Source of the DNA: Promethearchaeota archaeon
GTDB lineage: Archaea; Asgardarchaeota; Lokiarchaeia; Sigyniarchaeales; SOKP01
Direction: 5' to 3'
Assembly: GCA_019058245.1 (NCBI GenBank)
Contig: JAHPZJ010000006.1
Span: forward strand, 64,001 to 128,000
Length of the DNA: 64,000 nt
Below, in pieces: positions 60,086 to 64,000 of this stretch. The position numbers and the translations under genes are program-made. Position 1 is the first letter of the stretch. Each line of letters begins with the position of its first letter. A model generated the notes under the pieces. It was given only the letters and a program-made list of their open reading frames with translations, was not told the origin of the DNA and searched no databases.

Positions 60086-61017
60086 GGAATTACAACGGGA
60101 ATTATAAAAACTATTATAGTTAAATAAATTTCATAAATACTTATCGCTGACCACAATAATATCCGAATATAATTTTTTCTTTTCTCAATTTTTATATTTT
60201 CTATAATTATTATGGCTAATAATCCTATAAACATTAAATGAGAAGGTTGAACTGCTTTCCACATAAATGAATCAAAAAAGAAAATACCATTTATTTCTTC
60301 ATCTCTATGTCCCCAATTCTCAATCATTTGAAAGAAATAATCTGGAAAAATTAGATATGGAATACAGAGAATTATAAGAGGGATTAAAAAATAGAAAATC
60401 TCCTTCCACTTTATTTTTTTTATTATTAATATAACTGGAAGAAATAAAACGGCCGTTATTTTAAATGTTGCAAGTGCAAAAAAAATTCCTGATAACCATT
60501 TTTTATCCTCTTCTAGAAAACGATAAGAATTGAATAAGAGAAAGACAATAATAAAGTTAACATTATTATAATAAGCATCTATAGTATAAGCGATAGTAGC
60601 AAAGATATAAAAAATTAGTAAATCTTTTTTATTTTTAAAAAATTTAGGGGCTTCCTTTATAACATAGATACATAAAATTAAACGTAGTATATCCCAAATA
60701 TAAATCATTATTATTAGATTACTTGGATTTAAATAAATTGGAAGGTAAATTGGAGAGAAGAGAAAATACCAGAAATAAAGATAATAAGGTGGCCAATCAG
60801 ATATAGAAACATCATTATAAAAATTAATCAAACCATTATCCATACCTTCTATAAATATCTTAAAATCAATATCTTTTGTTTCACTAACCCATTCTGATAT
60901 ATCGAGAAAAAAGATTCTTATTATTATTTGAATTATCGTAATAATTATAAAAAAGCTGATAAAATATAAAGGAATTGAAGATTTTTCTTTAAATATCTCT
61001 GTAGTTTGATTACTCAT
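60082..61017 (-). CDS. Polytopic membrane protein, GT-C/GT87 (DUF2029)-like
   Basis: Multiple TM segments; DF..F, NVNFII, GIFFALATFK. Confidence 0.6.
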   Translation of the reverse strand: MSNQTTEIFKEKSSIPLYFISFFIIITIIQIIIRIFFLDISEWVSETKDIDFKIFIEGMDNGLINFYNDVSISDWPPYYLYFWYFLFSPIYLPIYLNPSNLIIMIYIWDILRLILCIYVIKEAPKFFKNKKDLLIFYIFATIAYTIDAYYNNVNFIIVFLLFNSYRFLEEDKKWLSGIFFALATFKITAVLFLPVILIIKKIKWKEIFYFLIPLIILCIPYLIFPDYFFQMIENWGHRDEEINGIFFFDSFMWKAVQPSHLMFIGLLAIIIIENIKIEKRKNYIRILLWSAISIYEIYLTIIVFIIPVVIP

Positions 61018-61187
61018 AATAGAATTTTAGTATATTTATTATAGAGTATTAAACGAGATATAAAAGACTTACTTCCCACCATAATTTATTTAAACTTTAA
61101 TAGTGTATTATTTTAAATTTGATTGTCATGAGAAATTTATTAGCTAATAAAATTATCTTAACATTGGAAAAAATTTTTAGATGAATA

Positions 61188-63041
61188 GTGAAAGTAAGAA
61201 AAATTAAAAAAATTCTTGAAGCGGATAAAATAGCTGCTGGAGAAGTAGTTGACAGACCGGCCAATGTTGTAAAAGAACTTGTTGAAAATAGCATCGATGC
61301 AAATGCTTCGGAAATAAGAATTATTGTTAGGAACGCTGGAAAGTCTTTAATTCATGTAATTGATGATGGAATTGGTATCCCCTCTGAGGATATAAAAATT
61401 GCTTTTGAAAGACATACTAGTAGTAAAATCAGAAGTATTCAAGATTTAGAAAATCTTTCTACATTAGGATTTAGAGGAGAAGCCCTCGCTAGTATAGCCG
61501 CAGTAAGTAAAGTTGAAATTATATCTCGAGTTGAAGACGAAGAGAAAGGAGTGCAACTAATTATCGAGGGGGGAAAAATTGTAGATAAAAAGAGAATTTC
61601 CTGCCCTGTTGGAACTAACATTCAAGTTAAAAATTTATTTTATAATTTACCAGCAAGGCAAAAGTTTCTTAAAACTGATGCTACAGAATTAGGGCACATT
61701 ACGGATATAGTGCAAAGATATTCCTTAGCATATCCCAATCTTCATTTTATATATCATCATAATGAGCTAGATATCCTCAATTGTCCAGCTTCGAATGATT
61801 TGAAAACAATCGTGTTCCATGTCTATGGAAAACAAATTGCTAAATTTTCTGAACAAATTGATTTTGAAGAAAAAAATCCTTATTTTAAAGTAAATGGATT
61901 ATTGGGGCACCCAGAAATATCTAAGAAAACCCGAACTTATTCAAGTCTATTCATTAATCATCGCTATGTGATAAGTGATTTGTTATCAAGAGCAATCCAA
62001 GAATCCTATAAGGGAACACTCATGGTGGGTAAATATCCATTTTATATACTCAATATTAATTTGGATCCTTCCGTAATTGATTTCAATGTTCATCCAAAAA
62101 AACTTCATGTTAGATTCGAAAGAGAAGAATATGTCTATAATAAAGTATATAATATAATTAGAAATTTTGTTGAAGATAAATTTATAGTAAAGGAAGCAAA
62201 ATATATCTCAACAGAATTACATGATTTCGTACCAAAGGAAGAAAAATTATTAGAAGCAAAAAAAGAAATATCAGAGGTTAAATTTAAGCAGGAAAAAATA
62301 AATCAGGAAAAAGTCTTAAAAACTGAAGAAAAAATACAATTAAGCTTAGAGGATCAGATAGTTTCAGATAAACCAATCGAAAAACTTCCACTTGAAACTC
62401 TACTAAGGGAAAAATACATAATTTCCGAGAATTTTCCCAAATTACGATTAATTTCTCACACAGGTCAATTAAGCAATAAAACTTATGTAGTTTTAGAAGG
62501 AATTAATGAAAATAATGAAGAAGGACTATTTATCTTAGATCAACACGCTGCCTCTGAGAGGATAATGAAAGAAAAATTCATAGATGCTTTTAAAACCTCA
62601 AAAATGAATAGACAAAAATTAATTTCTCCTTTAAAAATTGAGGTATCTCCAAGTGAAAAAATATTTTTAGAGTCTAATTTATTGGAAATTAGGAAACTAG
62701 GATTTGATTTCCAGCGATTCGGAGGGACTACCTTTATTTTAAGAGAAATTCCAACCGTTATGGGAAAAGTCCCCAAATTAAATATTATAAAAGAAATTAT
62801 TAGTGATATAACTGAAATTGGTAAAGATAAGAGTTTTTCAGAAGTAACAGAAGAGATTATTAACTATTTATCCTGTCATAAAAGCATTAGAGGTGGTGAT
62901 AATTTATCTCTAAAAGACATAAGAAATTTATTAATTGACTTAGGAAAATGTAAAGATTCATATCATTGTGCTCATGGAAGACCCACGATAAGATTCTTCT
63001 CTTATAAAGAATTAGATAAATTATTTAAAAGAATAGTATAA
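61188..63041 (+). CDS. mutL: DNA mismatch repair protein MutL (endonuclease type)
   Basis: IAAGEVV, VKELVENSIDA, GFRGEALASI, DFNVHP, DQHAASER, SCH, CAHGRP. Confidence 0.96.
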   Translation: MKVRKIKKILEADKIAAGEVVDRPANVVKELVENSIDANASEIRIIVRNAGKSLIHVIDDGIGIPSEDIKIAFERHTSSKIRSIQDLENLSTLGFRGEALASIAAVSKVEIISRVEDEEKGVQLIIEGGKIVDKKRISCPVGTNIQVKNLFYNLPARQKFLKTDATELGHITDIVQRYSLAYPNLHFIYHHNELDILNCPASNDLKTIVFHVYGKQIAKFSEQIDFEEKNPYFKVNGLLGHPEISKKTRTYSSLFINHRYVISDLLSRAIQESYKGTLMVGKYPFYILNINLDPSVIDFNVHPKKLHVRFEREEYVYNKVYNIIRNFVEDKFIVKEAKYISTELHDFVPKEEKLLEAKKEISEVKFKQEKINQEKVLKTEEKIQLSLEDQIVSDKPIEKLPLETLLREKYIISENFPKLRLISHTGQLSNKTYVVLEGINENNEEGLFILDQHAASERIMKEKFIDAFKTSKMNRQKLISPLKIEVSPSEKIFLESNLLEIRKLGFDFQRFGGTTFILREIPTVMGKVPKLNIIKEIISDITEIGKDKSFSEVTEEIINYLSCHKSIRGGDNLSLKDIRNLLIDLGKCKDSYHCAHGRPTIRFFSYKELDKLFKRIV

Positions 63042-63062
63042 TGAAAATTAAATAATTTCTTT

Positions 63063-63329
63063 TTAGGCTTTTGAAAAAGCAATACCTTCAATTCCTTGGA
63101 TACCATTGACTTTGTGAAAAAATTCTTCAACTCTGTCTGTTCCTCCCCATTCCTCTGGATATCTTACTCTAACTCTTGCTTTTTTCAAACCAAAAGCCAC
63201 AGGCATTACTTCATAAGTTTCTATAACACAAGTATCAGGTAGAACATTTTTTAATTTATCAACAAATTCCTCGAAGTTCACTTCCGTGTCTTCTGGAATT
63301 ACATCAATTAGGGCAACAAATTCTCCCAT
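63063..63329 (-). CDS. ef1b: Translation elongation factor 1-beta
   Basis: VIPEDTEV, PVAFGLK, GGTDRVEE. Confidence 0.9.
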   Translation of the reverse strand: MGEFVALIDVIPEDTEVNFEEFVDKLKNVLPDTCVIETYEVMPVAFGLKKARVRVRYPEEWGGTDRVEEFFHKVNGIQGIEGIAFSKA

Positions 63330-63354
63330 ATTAATCTCTCTATTTATTTTTATT

Positions 63355-63531
63355 TTAAGGCCCCTTAAATGAGCATTTCAAGCATAAATATTCTTTACCC
63401 ATTTCCCTACACCGCTCACAACGCCAAATTGTTACATCTCCACAAGAAGGGCATGGAAAATGAACTGCGGCTTCATAGGGTGCAATCGGACGTCCACAAC
63501 CGAAACACACATTACTCTTGTAAGTACTCAT
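63355..63531 (-). CDS. DUF1610/HVO_2753-like double Zn-ribbon small protein (58 aa)
   Basis: Not in the track; MSTYKSNVCFGCGRPIAPYEAAVHFPCPSCGDVTIWRCERCREMGKEYLCLKCSFKGP, directly upstream of EF-1beta as usual in archaea. Confidence 0.9.
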   Translation of the reverse strand: MSTYKSNVCFGCGRPIAPYEAAVHFPCPSCGDVTIWRCERCREMGKEYLCLKCSFKGP

Positions 63532-63845
63532 TGATATATTATCACAGCATTATCAAAATTTTTACTTAGATATTAAAATACATAATAACTTTAATTATTT
63601 TCTAATTTTAACATCTTAAAAAAACCTGTAATTTAAATTTGATTTATTTTTATCCATAAAAAAATAGTGTGTAAATTTGATTGAAACAGAAATAATTTAC
63701 TTTTATCTATGTATTTAACTGTTCTATTTAAATTGATATATTCATTAACGAAAAAACATAGAAATGAAATTTTAAATTGATAAACAACATAAATTACTTA
63801 TAGAGAATTTAATGAAATATAAATTAATCTTTAAAAGGAACAATA

Positions 63846-64000
63846 ATGCCAGAAAATAAAGTTAAAAAATATTTCAAACTTATTGAAGCCTGGGCTTGGT
63901 GTCCGATATGTGAAGATATGGTCGCTTTAATAATTGATAAAGACGAAATTATTGATGGGTTAAAGACTAGTATATATACCAAGGAATTCACTCACAAAAA
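63846..64000 (+). CDS. Hypothetical CxxC protein, truncated by window end
   Basis: ATG 63846: MPENKVKKYFKLIEAWAWCPICEDMVALIIDK..., open to the end of the window. Confidence 0.6.
   Translation, partial: MPENKVKKYFKLIEAWAWCPICEDMVALIIDKDEIIDGLKTSIYTKEFTHK

Noticed and set aside
9895-62776. Short track ORFs inside or opposite well-supported genes (e.g. 9895, 10820, 27611, 33967, 35266, 38705, 39039, 41318, 48762, 50430, 52288, 55304, 56589, 58327, 58684, 61439, 62540)
   Set aside because: They overlap confident CDSs, have shadow-like Ser/Phe/Ile-rich composition and no motifs
63369-63569. 66-aa + strand ORF
   Set aside because: Antisense to the real Zn-ribbon gene at 63355-63531

Overview
AT-rich archaeal chromosomal segment, most likely from an Asgard archaeon (Lokiarchaeia-like). 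The assignment rests on archaeal information genes (thermosome, Rpo3, eL18, EF-1beta, Rio2, Sm) together with eukaryote-signature-type proteins (Rag-like GTPase with a C-terminal domain, Rab-like pseudo-GTPase, gelsolin-like domain). Housekeeping content: trpS, trmI, glyA, rpoD-rpl18e-rpl13-rps9, aroA/aroC, porGDAB split by a two-component insert, a complete trp operon (D-C-F-B-A-[Fe-S gene]-E-G), mutS/mutL and EF-1beta. An accessory, defence-like island lies at about 28.7-34.6 kb. The main finding is absent from the ORF track: two paralogous Trp-rich leader peptides on the minus strand, MANEKIIPFRWHWSWRA* upstream of trpD and MTTIKKNLSLRKFFISWFWVLHWHA* upstream of a GNAT-methyltransferase fusion. 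They share an identical 15-bp BRE/TATA element at the same spacing, a W-x-A-stop ending, and a GC hairpin around the stop codon with a compensatory base-pair change. Together this suggests ribosome-mediated Trp attenuation in an archaeon. Other candidates are a circularly permuted TTL/YheC-like ATP-grasp ligase paired with an M14 peptidase, and a membrane-anchored gelsolin-domain protein. No rRNA, tRNA, CRISPR array or transposase was recognised. All family assignments come from motif recognition by eye, not database searches.
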